Positions 18,456-27,214 of a stretch of 44,889 nucleotides of DNA are shown piece by piece. Each line of letters begins with the position of its first letter. Position 1 is the stretch's first letter. The position numbers were made by a program, and so were the translations under genes. The notes beneath the pieces are model-generated. The model searched no databases. It worked only from the letters and a program-made list of their open reading frames with translations, and was not told the origin of the DNA. This DNA is from a virus (Duplodnaviria; Caudoviricetes): IMG/VR virus record IMGVR_UViG_3300020161_001520, positions 1 through 44,889 of that record; one strand, given 5' to 3'.

Positions 18456-20495
18456 ATGTCTCTTTTCTCATTCCGATTAACCGAAGATTTTGTTGCGGGA
18501 TATCGTTCTAAAAAAGCACCTTTTGGATACAGAGATGCAGCAGGAAACTCTGTTGGTGAAATTACTTTCTTAAGAACATACTCACGTTTAAAAGAAGACG
18601 GCACTAAAGAAACATGGGTAGATGTTTGTGAGCGTGTTATTAACGGCATGTACTCTTTGCAAAAAGACCACGCTAAATCACAACGTCTTCCTTGGAATGA
18701 TTCAAAGGCTCAGGCTTCTGCTAAAGAAGCATTTGACCGACTCTTTGAATTGAAGTGGACTCCACCTGGTAGAGGTCTTTGGGTTATGGGAACTCCTTTA
18801 GTTAATGAACAACGTAACTCCGCAGCATTACAGAATTGTGCATTTGTTTCTACAATGGAAATGACCAAGAACAACCCTGCTAAACCTTTTGCTTTCTTAA
18901 TGGAAGCATCAATGCTAGGCGTGGGTGTTGGCTTCGATGACAAAGGTGCTGATAAAGATTTTTCTATTTACGAGCCAAAGGCTGAAGAAGAAACAACAGT
19001 TATTCCTGACACTAGAGAAGGATGGGTTGAGTCTGTAACTTCTTTAATAAACTCTTACCTAAAGCCTGAACAACCTATGCAACGCTTTGATTACTCTTTA
19101 ATCCGTCCAGCAGGTGCTCCCATCAAAATATTTGGCGGTACGGCAGCGGGTCATGAACCTCTAAAGAAGTTGCACGACTACATTGTAAAGTTGTTCTCTG
19201 GTCGCTCTGGAGACAAGGTCACTAGACGAGACTTGGCTGACATTGGTAACCTTATTGGAGTCTGTGTTGTTTCAGGCAACGTCCGTCGTTCCGCAGAACT
19301 TCTTATTGGGCGTATTGATGACGAAGATTTCTTAAACCTAAAGAACGCAGAGGTCTATCCTGAGCGTAACTCCTATGACCCTAAGAATCCAGGATGGGCA
19401 TGGATGAGTAATAACTCTGTAGAAGCAAAAGTTGGTTCAGACTTCTCAAAAATTATTGACGGCATTGTTCGTAATGGTGAGCCTGGAGTTGTGTGGATGG
19501 ATGTATCACGCAAATACGGTCGTCTCATTGACCCACCTAATAACAAAGATTGGCGTGTTGCGGGGTACAACCCTTGTGCAGAACAAAGCCTTGAGTCCTT
19601 TGAGTGTTGCACACTGGTAGAGACTTACCTCAACCGCCACAAAGATTTAGATGACTTCAAGCGAACCCTTAAGTTTGCTTACCTTTATGCCAAGACTGTA
19701 ACTCTCTTGCCTACCCACTGGGAAGAAACTAACGCCATCATGCAACGCAATCGTCGCATTGGAACTTCTATTTCAGGCATTGCAAACTTTGCAGATAACA
19801 ATGGTTGGACAGTTCTTCGTGACTGGCTTAACGAAGGCTACGCAACAGTTAAGGCTTATGACGAGTCTTACTCTGAGTGGCTTGGTATTCGTCAATCAAT
19901 CAAGATGACCACAGTTAAGCCTTCAGGAACGGTGTCTATTCTTGCTGGTGAATCTCCTGGAGTCCACTGGGCATCAGGCGGTAAGTTCTTTAACAGAGCA
20001 ATCCGCTTTGCAAACTCTGACCCTATGCTGCCACTTTTCAGAATGGCTAATTACAGAGTTGAACCTGCCTCTGAATCTCCTGAGACAACTTCTGTTGTGT
20101 TTTTCCCGATTGAGACTAATGCTAAGAGAGCCGAAAAGGAAGTATCTGTCCATGAGAAGGTTTCTTTAGCAGTTGTAACTCAACGCTATTGGTCAGATAA
20201 CTCTGTATCTGTAACTGTGACCTTTGACCCTGAGAAGGAAGCAGACTCTATTGCTTCTATCCTTCACATGCACGACGGTCAGTTAAAGACTATTTCGTTT
20301 TTACCTATGGGCAACATGACTTACCCTCAGATGCCTTACACACAGATTACGGCTGAAGAATACGAAGAAGGTCGCATGACTCTTTTCCCTATTGATTTCT
20401 CAGGGGTGTATGCTGGTATGGCATCAGATGCTATTGGTGAGGCTTATTGCACAACCGATGCGTGTGAAGTCAAACTTATTAAAGACAATCAGTAG
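18456..20495 (+). CDS. nrdJ: class II (adenosylcobalamin) ribonucleotide reductase, monomeric RTPR type
   Basis: PPGRGLW, NC, GNVRRSA, NPCAEQ, TTVKPSGTVS and C-terminal CTTDAC. Start ATG 18456 follows GAAAGG. Confidence 0.95.
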   Translation: MSLFSFRLTEDFVAGYRSKKAPFGYRDAAGNSVGEITFLRTYSRLKEDGTKETWVDVCERVINGMYSLQKDHAKSQRLPWNDSKAQASAKEAFDRLFELKWTPPGRGLWVMGTPLVNEQRNSAALQNCAFVSTMEMTKNNPAKPFAFLMEASMLGVGVGFDDKGADKDFSIYEPKAEEETTVIPDTREGWVESVTSLINSYLKPEQPMQRFDYSLIRPAGAPIKIFGGTAAGHEPLKKLHDYIVKLFSGRSGDKVTRRDLADIGNLIGVCVVSGNVRRSAELLIGRIDDEDFLNLKNAEVYPERNSYDPKNPGWAWMSNNSVEAKVGSDFSKIIDGIVRNGEPGVVWMDVSRKYGRLIDPPNNKDWRVAGYNPCAEQSLESFECCTLVETYLNRHKDLDDFKRTLKFAYLYAKTVTLLPTHWEETNAIMQRNRRIGTSISGIANFADNNGWTVLRDWLNEGYATVKAYDESYSEWLGIRQSIKMTTVKPSGTVSILAGESPGVHWASGGKFFNRAIRFANSDPMLPLFRMANYRVEPASESPETTSVVFFPIETNAKRAEKEVSVHEKVSLAVVTQRYWSDNSVSVTVTFDPEKEADSIASILHMHDGQLKTISFLPMGNMTYPQMPYTQITAEEYEEGRMTLFPIDFSGVYAGMASDAIGEAYCTTDACEVKLIKDNQ

Positions 20496-20504
20496 GATAG
20501 TCAC

Positions 20505-22112
20505 ATGGAACACAATTTGTTAAAGAAGATTACGGTCATAGGTGGCGGTACTTCAGGCTGGATTTCTGCGTTGATGGCAAAGTTTGCCGTTCCTGATGCA
20601 GAGGTCACAGTTATTGAATCCGATGTTATTGGGGCGATTGGTGCGGGTGAAGGAACAACCCCACCACTCGTTCAACTCTTCGAAATTTTGCAAATCCCAA
20701 TTTCAGACATTGTTGCTAAAACAGGTGCAACCATTAAAAACGGCGTTAAGTTCACGAACTTTAATGGCGATGGCGACTACTACCACCACAACTTTGTACC
20801 TTTGGCAGAAAACATAACTGTCCATCACTCTAACTTCTTAGGTGGGGCTACCTTTAGAAAGTACAACGTCTATCACGCTATGGATGTAATGCACGACCTA
20901 CATTCTAAAGAAGCAAACTTTCACTCTTTAATCTCTGAAGCAGGTAAAACCCCATTTACTGTCGTCAATGACAAAGCAATCACTCACGCTTTGTACGCTA
21001 TCCACTTTGACGCACAAATGCTTACTAAGTTCCTTAGAGAAGTTGCTATAGAAAGAGGCTGTATCAGAATTGTTGGAACAATTACTGACCAGTTTGACTC
21101 TGATGAAGAAGGCAACATTCTTGCCGTAAATCTTACAGATGGCTCAAAGCATGACGCAGACTTCTTCTTTGACTGCACAGGCTTAGCACGATTGATTATT
21201 GGCAAGCACTTTAAGTCTGAATGGGTAAGCCATAAAGACATTCTTACAACCAATAAAGCACTTCCATTCTTCTTAGAGATGGATGATGTCTTTCCTCCAT
21301 ACTCAGAAGGTATTGCAATGAAGTACGGCTGGATGTGGAGAGTGCCTCTACAACACCGCTACGGCTGTGGTTATGTGTATGACGGAAATCTTTGCTCTGA
21401 TGAAGATGCTAAGGCAGAGATTGAAGAGATGATGAAGGGTAAGAACATCACCTTCCCTAGAGATAAGCCTTTCTACTTTGAAGCGGGTTATTACAAAGAG
21501 ACTTGGATTAAGAACTGCATTGCTATTGGCTTGTCTACAGGCTTTATTGAACCTATGGAAGCAACCGCTCTTTGGGGTACAGCAATCCAACTCTTTTATG
21601 CTTTTGGTAATCCTTATTCTTTAGGAACTAGAAGCCCTATGGCTCGTGACCGCTTCAATGACTTTGCTTCTTCTTTTAACAGACAGAATGTAGATTTCAT
21701 TTATTTCCATTACATGGGTCAAAGAAGAGACACAGAGTTTTGGGAGAAGTTCCACGACCTAAATAACGCACCGCCATTTGTAAAGTTCTTAATGAACCTA
21801 TGGCAAGAGGACATGCCTGGATACGAAGACCCACCAAACACTCCTGATAAGCAGTTCTTTAACTACGAGAACTGGTGGGAAGTTGGCTACGGGTTAAAGC
21901 GTGTAAATAAAGACATTGTTTTAGCAACTGCCAAGCACAATAGGCTTGAACGCTTTGTTGAACAATACTGGCAAATAAAAGCAAATCAAAAGTACGCAAC
22001 CTCTGTTTGTATGACTCATAAAGAAACTATTGAGCAGTTTAAGATAGAGGCTTTAAAGAAGGAACTCATCAATGAAACCAAAGAGAAGTTAAAAGGAGAA
22101 TTAAATGACTAA
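20505..22112 (+). CDS. flavin-dependent halogenase (PrnA/tryptophan halogenase family)
   Basis: GGGTSG, GAGEGT, catalytic Lys in GATIKNG, WMWRVP (WxWxIP), GFIEPMEAT. Confidence 0.9.
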   Translation: MEHNLLKKITVIGGGTSGWISALMAKFAVPDAEVTVIESDVIGAIGAGEGTTPPLVQLFEILQIPISDIVAKTGATIKNGVKFTNFNGDGDYYHHNFVPLAENITVHHSNFLGGATFRKYNVYHAMDVMHDLHSKEANFHSLISEAGKTPFTVVNDKAITHALYAIHFDAQMLTKFLREVAIERGCIRIVGTITDQFDSDEEGNILAVNLTDGSKHDADFFFDCTGLARLIIGKHFKSEWVSHKDILTTNKALPFFLEMDDVFPPYSEGIAMKYGWMWRVPLQHRYGCGYVYDGNLCSDEDAKAEIEEMMKGKNITFPRDKPFYFEAGYYKETWIKNCIAIGLSTGFIEPMEATALWGTAIQLFYAFGNPYSLGTRSPMARDRFNDFASSFNRQNVDFIYFHYMGQRRDTEFWEKFHDLNNAPPFVKFLMNLWQEDMPGYEDPPNTPDKQFFNYENWWEVGYGLKRVNKDIVLATAKHNRLERFVEQYWQIKANQKYATSVCMTHKETIEQFKIEALKKELINETKEKLKGELND

Positions 22113-22458
22113 AAATAACTTAATTAAAGACCCTAACTACCTAAGAAACGAAGAAGTATTTAGCGGAGGTTGGCGTAAGCACTTTCAATGGCTTCCAGCA
22201 CTAAAGAAGATGGGCTCAAAGGAGTATTGGAATGTTCCTAATACCGTTGAGTTTTTAGCCTTTACCACTAAGGCACTTATCATCATTCCAGGTCTGCTCT
22301 TTGGCATTTCTATTTGGTGGCTTTACATCTTTGCACTTACCACAAGCGTTCTATTGATTTGGTCTGCAACCATCAAGACTATGCCAACACTCATTTGGTT
22401 TAATCTTTTATGGACTGCTCTTGCCATCACTTTCTTAGTAAAGCACTTTGTGTCTTAA
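22105..22458 (+). CDS. membrane protein
   Basis: About three hydrophobic segments; AAGGAG RBS; overlaps the halogenase stop. Confidence 0.7.
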   Translation: MTKNNLIKDPNYLRNEEVFSGGWRKHFQWLPALKKMGSKEYWNVPNTVEFLAFTTKALIIIPGLLFGISIWWLYIFALTTSVLLIWSATIKTMPTLIWFNLLWTALAITFLVKHFVS

Positions 22459-22628
22459 TGCCTAAGTACGACTTTAAGTGCGACTCCTGCGAAGGAAGTG
22501 TGGTTGAACTTCACTTAACCTTTGACTCAACAGACAGACCTTCTTGTGACCGTTGTGGAAACCCAATGAGCAAGCAATTCATTCCACCTGCCGTTCAATT
22601 CAAAGGCGGAGGTTGGGGAGGAAAGTAA
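22458..22628 (+). CDS. FmdB-family zinc ribbon protein
   Basis: MPKYDFKCDSC...CDRCG..M......V.FKGGGW; start ATG 22458. Confidence 0.85.
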   Translation: MPKYDFKCDSCEGSVVELHLTFDSTDRPSCDRCGNPMSKQFIPPAVQFKGGGWGGK

Positions 22629-23012
22629 TTAAGGCTTCTTGCCTTTTGGTTGTTTGTTGCTTGATGCTGCCGACTTTGCTCTCTTACGCTCTAACGCTTC
22701 TTTTTGTCTGCGTCGGCTTGTATCAGCAGAGGCTTTTGCTTCTCCTGATTTAGTTGCATCTGCTCTTTGGGCTGAAAGCACTCTTTCATAAGGTGAATGG
22801 TTTTTCCATGCTGTAACAATTTGTTTTTGTGGCGTAGTGATAACAGTGTATTCATGGTCAATGTCGTCTCTATGCCGACCAACATGCTTTAACATACCGT
22901 TGTCTTGTGGAGTAACTACTCCATGCTTTACAACATGCTGTACAGACTTCCAGTTTAAGTCTCTTTGGAAGGAACGGTCACCAGCGTGACGAGTTGGCAT
23001 TGCTTCAGTCAT
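22629..23012 (-). CDS. DUF4258-like putative RNase-fold protein with basic tail
   Basis: T.HA..R...R.L....V..VV..G...IVTAW; TATCCT-N6-ATG leaderless start at 23012. Confidence 0.55.
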   Translation of the reverse strand: MTEAMPTRHAGDRSFQRDLNWKSVQHVVKHGVVTPQDNGMLKHVGRHRDDIDHEYTVITTPQKQIVTAWKNHSPYERVLSAQRADATKSGEAKASADTSRRRQKEALERKRAKSAASSNKQPKGKKP

Positions 23013-23025
23013 AAACACAGGATAC

Positions 23026-23064
23026 AAAAAAAGCCCCAACAGCACTTGGCTATTGGGGCTTTTT
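23026..23064. terminator. bidirectional intrinsic terminator
   Basis: AAAAAAAGCCCCAA...TTGGGGCTTTTT. Confidence 0.75.
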
Positions 23065-23074
23065 CTTTAGAAGT

Positions 23075-23218
23075 CTATTTTGCGTTATTGGCTTTTACTC
23101 CATGATAACCAGTCTTTTTCTTGTTCATGCTTCCAGGCTTCTTAAATCCTGACCCTTTAGGCATGTTGGCAATTCTAATCTCTAATGCTTTAGCAATCTT
23201 GTCGTGATGCTTTCCCAT
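23075..23218 (-). CDS. 47-aa basic protein (absent from the ORF track)
   Basis: MGKHHDKIAKALEIRIANMPKGSGFKKPGSMNKKKTGYHGVKANNAK*, with GAAAGGAA RBS. Confidence 0.7.
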   Translation of the reverse strand: MGKHHDKIAKALEIRIANMPKGSGFKKPGSMNKKKTGYHGVKANNAK

Positions 23219-23253
23219 GTTATTCCTTTCGCTCTTGATAAAAGTTTATCAGT

Positions 23254-23985
23254 TTATTTGTAGGATTTCTTATTCCAATGAGTTGTTTTGTAGTAATCCT
23301 TTAACTTGCTGTCTCTTTGCCCTATTTTTATAAGGTAATCTTCATTATCAACATCTACTTTTGCAGACCAGTTCTCTCTCTTAAACGGAATTATTTGCAT
23401 AATAGGTGTTCCAGAAGGAAGTATGCCTTCCCAATTTTTCTTTAGAAGAAATGGGTGGTTTCCAACTTCTCCCCAACCGTCTGTATCTACAACTCCGCCG
23501 AGTGTGTAGAAAGGTAAATCAATTCTATTAGTTGGGTGAATGATTTGAGAACTGTAACCTTTAGGGGTTTTAATGCACCAATAAGGCATCCAGTTAAACT
23601 GCAACTCATCATAACCGTCAAGGCTTTTCCACCCACAATTAGAAAAGTCTTGTCTGTTAATTGGCTCATGAATACCTGAAACTGTAAAAGCCCAAGTAAT
23701 AATTGCATTACCGTTGGGGTCTCTTTTAATCTGTAAATCAAAAGGCAAAGACACTATGTATCCAGCAGTAAAAGTATCCACGATAGGCAAACAAGACTTC
23801 ACTGTTAAGTTGTTTTGATTGCCCCCATAGTTTAGAAACTCTGTTCCGTTATGAGCGTATTTAGGTATTGACCTGTACCAATCAGGAATGTTTGCTTCTG
23901 AAGCAGGAACAGGAGGCTTTACAAACTTTGCTACATGAGCGTTCATAGGATAAAAAGTAATTTTATTTGCAAGAGGGTTTTTCAT
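23254..23985 (-). CDS. dUTPase-fold (DUF6065-like) protein, paralog 2
   Basis: Same motif set as 17680..18372; leaderless TAGGCT-N6-ATG. Confidence 0.7.
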   Translation of the reverse strand: MKNPLANKITFYPMNAHVAKFVKPPVPASEANIPDWYRSIPKYAHNGTEFLNYGGNQNNLTVKSCLPIVDTFTAGYIVSLPFDLQIKRDPNGNAIITWAFTVSGIHEPINRQDFSNCGWKSLDGYDELQFNWMPYWCIKTPKGYSSQIIHPTNRIDLPFYTLGGVVDTDGWGEVGNHPFLLKKNWEGILPSGTPIMQIIPFKRENWSAKVDVDNEDYLIKIGQRDSKLKDYYKTTHWNKKSYK

Positions 23986-23999
23986 AATGTGAGCCTAGC

Positions 24000-24036
24000 A
24001 CAAAGCCCTCCTACCACCAACGCAGGAGGGCTTTGT
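24000..24036 (-). terminator. hairpin downstream of the lysozyme gene
   Basis: ACAAAGCCCTCCT / AGGAGGGCTTTGT, 13-bp inverted repeat. Confidence 0.6.
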
Positions 24037-24045
24037 ACTTAGTGC

Positions 24046-24609
24046 TTATGCTTTAGGAAAATGTTTTAGCCATTCTAGGGCTCTTGGGGTCATACCCTTC
24101 CAAGCCGACCAATCTTTTCCACCCTTGCTCATGTAATAAGCAATTTGGGCATTTGTTACAGGGTCTAAAAGCATTGCATTAGACACCATGCTGAACTTAT
24201 CTCTACGAATGTCTCCCATCTTTCCAATCATGTTGATTTGGAATAGACCGTAGGAGTTGTCGCCTGTCGCTTCATTACCGTTGAAGGCAATAGAACGACC
24301 ACGACTTTCACGCATAGCGATAGACCATGCTTGGCTTAAGGCTTTGTCCTTAAACCCGACCTCTTTGAGTAAGGCTTTCAATTCAAGTCTTGTTAATTGA
24401 GGCTTTTGTCTCAATAAATCTAACTTTTGTGTTGGACTTACTTTTAAGGCTTTTTCAACTGTTGATTGGGATAGTTGGACTGGCTGTACAACTACCGCTT
24501 TGGTTTGTTCTAATGCTCTAGCAATCGCAAAACCGCTACCGAACAAAGAACTTGCTACTGTAATGATGGCAATTACCACCACTTTTTTTCCTCGTTTTGT
24601 TAGTTTCAT
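24046..24609 (-). CDS. membrane-anchored/secreted lysozyme-like lytic transglycosylase
   Basis: N-terminal signal/TM segment; AMRES, SYGLFQIN, DPVTNA.IA, W.AW. Confidence 0.85.
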   Translation of the reverse strand: MKLTKRGKKVVVIAIITVASSLFGSGFAIARALEQTKAVVVQPVQLSQSTVEKALKVSPTQKLDLLRQKPQLTRLELKALLKEVGFKDKALSQAWSIAMRESRGRSIAFNGNEATGDNSYGLFQINMIGKMGDIRRDKFSMVSNAMLLDPVTNAQIAYYMSKGGKDWSAWKGMTPRALEWLKHFPKA

Positions 24610-25913
24610 AGTTTCTCACCTTTCCCCAAGTAATCATCAACTGCTTTCGCTGCCGAAGATTGCTGGTGACGGATACGGTGTAGATACCTTTCCGTCGTTG
24701 TGATTGACTGATGACCCAAACGCTCTTTGACCTCATGCACATCTACTCCGCTCTTTAACAGTTGAGTAGCGTTTGCGTGTCTAAGGTCGTGCGTTCTTGG
24801 ATACCAACCAATACCTGACTTTTCTATGGCTTCGTTCCAAATGGCTCGCCATTTATCCCGACTGAGATGGCTTTGGTCAAGGCTTTGACTTTGACTAAGG
24901 CTTTCTCTGCCTTTCGGTTTGTCCTTTCTGTATTGTTTTCGGTACTTACTGACCGCTGATTTACACAGGTTGCACCTACACCCACCGACATTGTACGAGT
25001 ACGGAGTTGCGTGTTGGAATACTCTACTTCCAACGGTGTAAGGCTTTGAGCCCCTTTCTGTAAGGCTTCCTGTTACCTCTATTTTACCTGTTTCAACTAA
25101 GGCTTTGGCAAACAAGAGGTCATTATTTTTTAATTTTTTGCTTGTAATGAAGGCTTTTACGCTTTTTGTAAGGCTTTCACTAATGACTACAGTTCTTTTG
25201 TGTCCGTTTTTTGTGGCGGATACAACTAGAAATCTATCTCCATTGTTTAAGGCTTTGCCTACATCACTTACAGTTCTACGCACATAGACCTCATTAGATT
25301 GAAAGTTGAAGTCTTTGACTCGTAGTTCTGTTGCTTCTCCAAATCGGCAACCACTTGCTACAAGGAACTGAGCAAACAGTTTTGCCCCATCTGACTCCAA
25401 GTGGGACACGATTTTTCTGAAGTCTTTAGGCTCTAAAGAAGGCTTTGGGTCTGCTTTAGAAGTCTTTACCTTCACCCCATGCGTCGGATTAACTGCGATT
25501 ACATCTTCTTCAACAAGTTGTCTGAAAGTAGAACCGAGAGCAATCTTTACATGAGATACCGTAGAAGGGCTTACCCCTGAATTGAGTAACTTCTCAAAGA
25601 GTTGTCTTACATCTCTCCGAGTTATGCCCACAACAAGTCTTTGCCCTAAAGAAGGTAAGACATACTTCTTTAACGCAACTTCGTAGGTTTTTCTTGTTAT
25701 GACCCGAACATCTGTTCGGTTGGTCAGCCACTCTTGGACATGGGCTTCTAGGGTTTTGGAGATTTCAAGGCTATTGGTTACAGCCCCTTCCTCTGCCATG
25801 AGAGCAGAGTTCAAGGCTTTAGACCTTGTTGGATAAGTTCCAGCACTTATGACCTTACCGTCTCTGCGGTAATAGCCTGTGTGCCGTTTATTTCGGGTAA
25901 CGACATACGCCAT
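24606..25913 (-). CDS. tyrosine recombinase/integrase with Zn-finger insertion
   Basis: GCRFGE, ATKNG, HDLRH, LGH, TERY catalytic set; AAGGAGG RBS. Confidence 0.92.
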   Translation of the reverse strand: MAYVVTRNKRHTGYYRRDGKVISAGTYPTRSKALNSALMAEEGAVTNSLEISKTLEAHVQEWLTNRTDVRVITRKTYEVALKKYVLPSLGQRLVVGITRRDVRQLFEKLLNSGVSPSTVSHVKIALGSTFRQLVEEDVIAVNPTHGVKVKTSKADPKPSLEPKDFRKIVSHLESDGAKLFAQFLVASGCRFGEATELRVKDFNFQSNEVYVRRTVSDVGKALNNGDRFLVVSATKNGHKRTVVISESLTKSVKAFITSKKLKNNDLLFAKALVETGKIEVTGSLTERGSKPYTVGSRVFQHATPYSYNVGGCRCNLCKSAVSKYRKQYRKDKPKGRESLSQSQSLDQSHLSRDKWRAIWNEAIEKSGIGWYPRTHDLRHANATQLLKSGVDVHEVKERLGHQSITTTERYLHRIRHQQSSAAKAVDDYLGKGEKL

Positions 25914-25964
25914 TATTTCCTCCTTCTCTCATTGTTAATGCTACCAGCGAGTAACTTTAGGTAC

Positions 25965-26008
25965 AAAAAAAAGGGGTCAAGTTGCCCGCTATGGCAACCT
26001 GACCCCTT
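25965..26008 (-). terminator. intrinsic terminator between the xis-like gene and the recombinase
   Basis: Minus strand reads AAGGGGTCAGGTTGCC..GGCAACTTGACCCC followed by T8. Confidence 0.8.
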
Positions 26009-26013
26009 AATCT

Positions 26014-26214
26014 TTAACCTTCTTTAGAAGGTATCTGCTTATTGTTCTTGCGTGTAGTTATCCACTCGTTAATTGTTTCCTCTTTCCAAACAGGTGTTCG
26101 GGAAAAGTAGTGGTCGGGTTGAGGCATTGACTTATTGCTTAGATAAGTCTTTAGCGTGTCTCTCCCTAGTCCTGACTTCTCGGAAACTTCTTTTGTAGTT
26201 AGCCAACCGTCCAT
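26014..26214 (-). CDS. excisionase/AlpA-like winged-helix DNA-binding protein
   Basis: WLTTKEVSEKSGL..DTL..Y.....MP.PD......P.W....I..W. Confidence 0.8.
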   Translation of the reverse strand: MDGWLTTKEVSEKSGLGRDTLKTYLSNKSMPQPDHYFSRTPVWKEETINEWITTRKNNKQIPSKEG

Positions 26215-26441
26215 TACCACCTCTCTAGTTCTATGGAAGCAATCATAATCTGTTTATGCTGTTCCATTATTTCCTGTAATGCTTTTGCAGAGACTTGCAC
26301 TCCTTGTATGAAATCAGAAGCCTTTTCTAAATCAACAGGCTTCCAACCTTGTTCTAGTAAGTTATTAAACATCTCTGCCGTCATTTTCAATGTTTGGCAG
26401 AGCATGGTTAATTGTTGTCCTTCTATTAGTTCTTTTCTCAT
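26214..26441 (-). CDS. hypothetical protein
   Basis: Coupled at both ends. Confidence 0.65.
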   Translation of the reverse strand: MRKELIEGQQLTMLCQTLKMTAEMFNNLLEQGWKPVDLEKASDFIQGVQVSAKALQEIMEQHKQIMIASIELERW

Positions 26442-27214
26442 GCTCGTCTGTTAGTTCCATTGAAGGCTTGACGAATTGCGTTGAGTTGTTCCTCATACGC
26501 TTTTGCTTGGGCTTCCCAATACTGCCTTTGTGCTACTAGGTCTGTAATGGCTTTTACAGGGTCAGTACCCATAGGCAAAATTGGTGCTGTAGTTACCTGA
26601 GGAACAATCTCCTCAGAACGAGTGATAGGGGTTGAAGCATAGGTACGCTTCTTGTAGGTCTTTTTCTTTCTGCGACCTGTTTTACCATTATGCACTCTGC
26701 CAATGTGATGAGAAGTTGCTTGAAGGTTCTTAAACAACATCAAGCATTTATTACAACCAACAACTTCTAAAGAAGTTCCGTCTTGGTCGTCAGCAAACAA
26801 CAACTTACTCATTGATGAGAACACTCCGCCACTTGGTGAAGGCATAGGGTCTTTAGCAATAAGTGTGTAACCCAGTTTTGCAAACTCAACTTGGGCTGTG
26901 GAAGGTGCTTTGGCAATAACTATGCCGTTTGGTAGGACTTGTGTTTGGATAGGACTTACCTCTTGTTTCTGTAGTAGTTCGGGGTGTCTAATGTTTATGC
27001 CTAAATCATTAGCGATTTGGGCGTAGATACGGTTGTAGTCGTTAAGGTAATTAGCCCTTAACAATTTACGAGCCTCATCTCTATCCCTGTTGCGTGAGTA
27101 AAACTTCTCCCATGCTTCGGGGTACATCTCTCTGAGAACCTTAAAGGTGTTCCTTCGTGCTTCTAAAGAACGCCTCATTTGTTCTCTTTCTTTTCGGCTA
27201 ACGGTTTTAGCCAT
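26438..27214 (-). CDS. protein with C2H2-like Zn finger and C-terminal coiled coil
   Basis: CNKC..F......HH...H; GAGGAGG RBS. Confidence 0.7.
   Translation of the reverse strand: MAKTVSRKEREQMRRSLEARRNTFKVLREMYPEAWEKFYSRNRDRDEARKLLRANYLNDYNRIYAQIANDLGINIRHPELLQKQEVSPIQTQVLPNGIVIAKAPSTAQVEFAKLGYTLIAKDPMPSPSGGVFSSMSKLLFADDQDGTSLEVVGCNKCLMLFKNLQATSHHIGRVHNGKTGRRKKKTYKKRTYASTPITRSEEIVPQVTTAPILPMGTDPVKAITDLVAQRQYWEAQAKAYEEQLNAIRQAFNGTNRRA

Noticed and set aside
622-20495. Inteins or introns in polA, recA or nrdJ
   Set aside because: The ORFs are continuous and of ordinary length, with no splice-junction or homing endonuclease motifs.
24610-24780. c-di-AMP (ydaO) riboswitch ahead of the lysozyme gene
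   Set aside because: This stretch is the recombinase C-terminal coding sequence, and I could not find the consensus.
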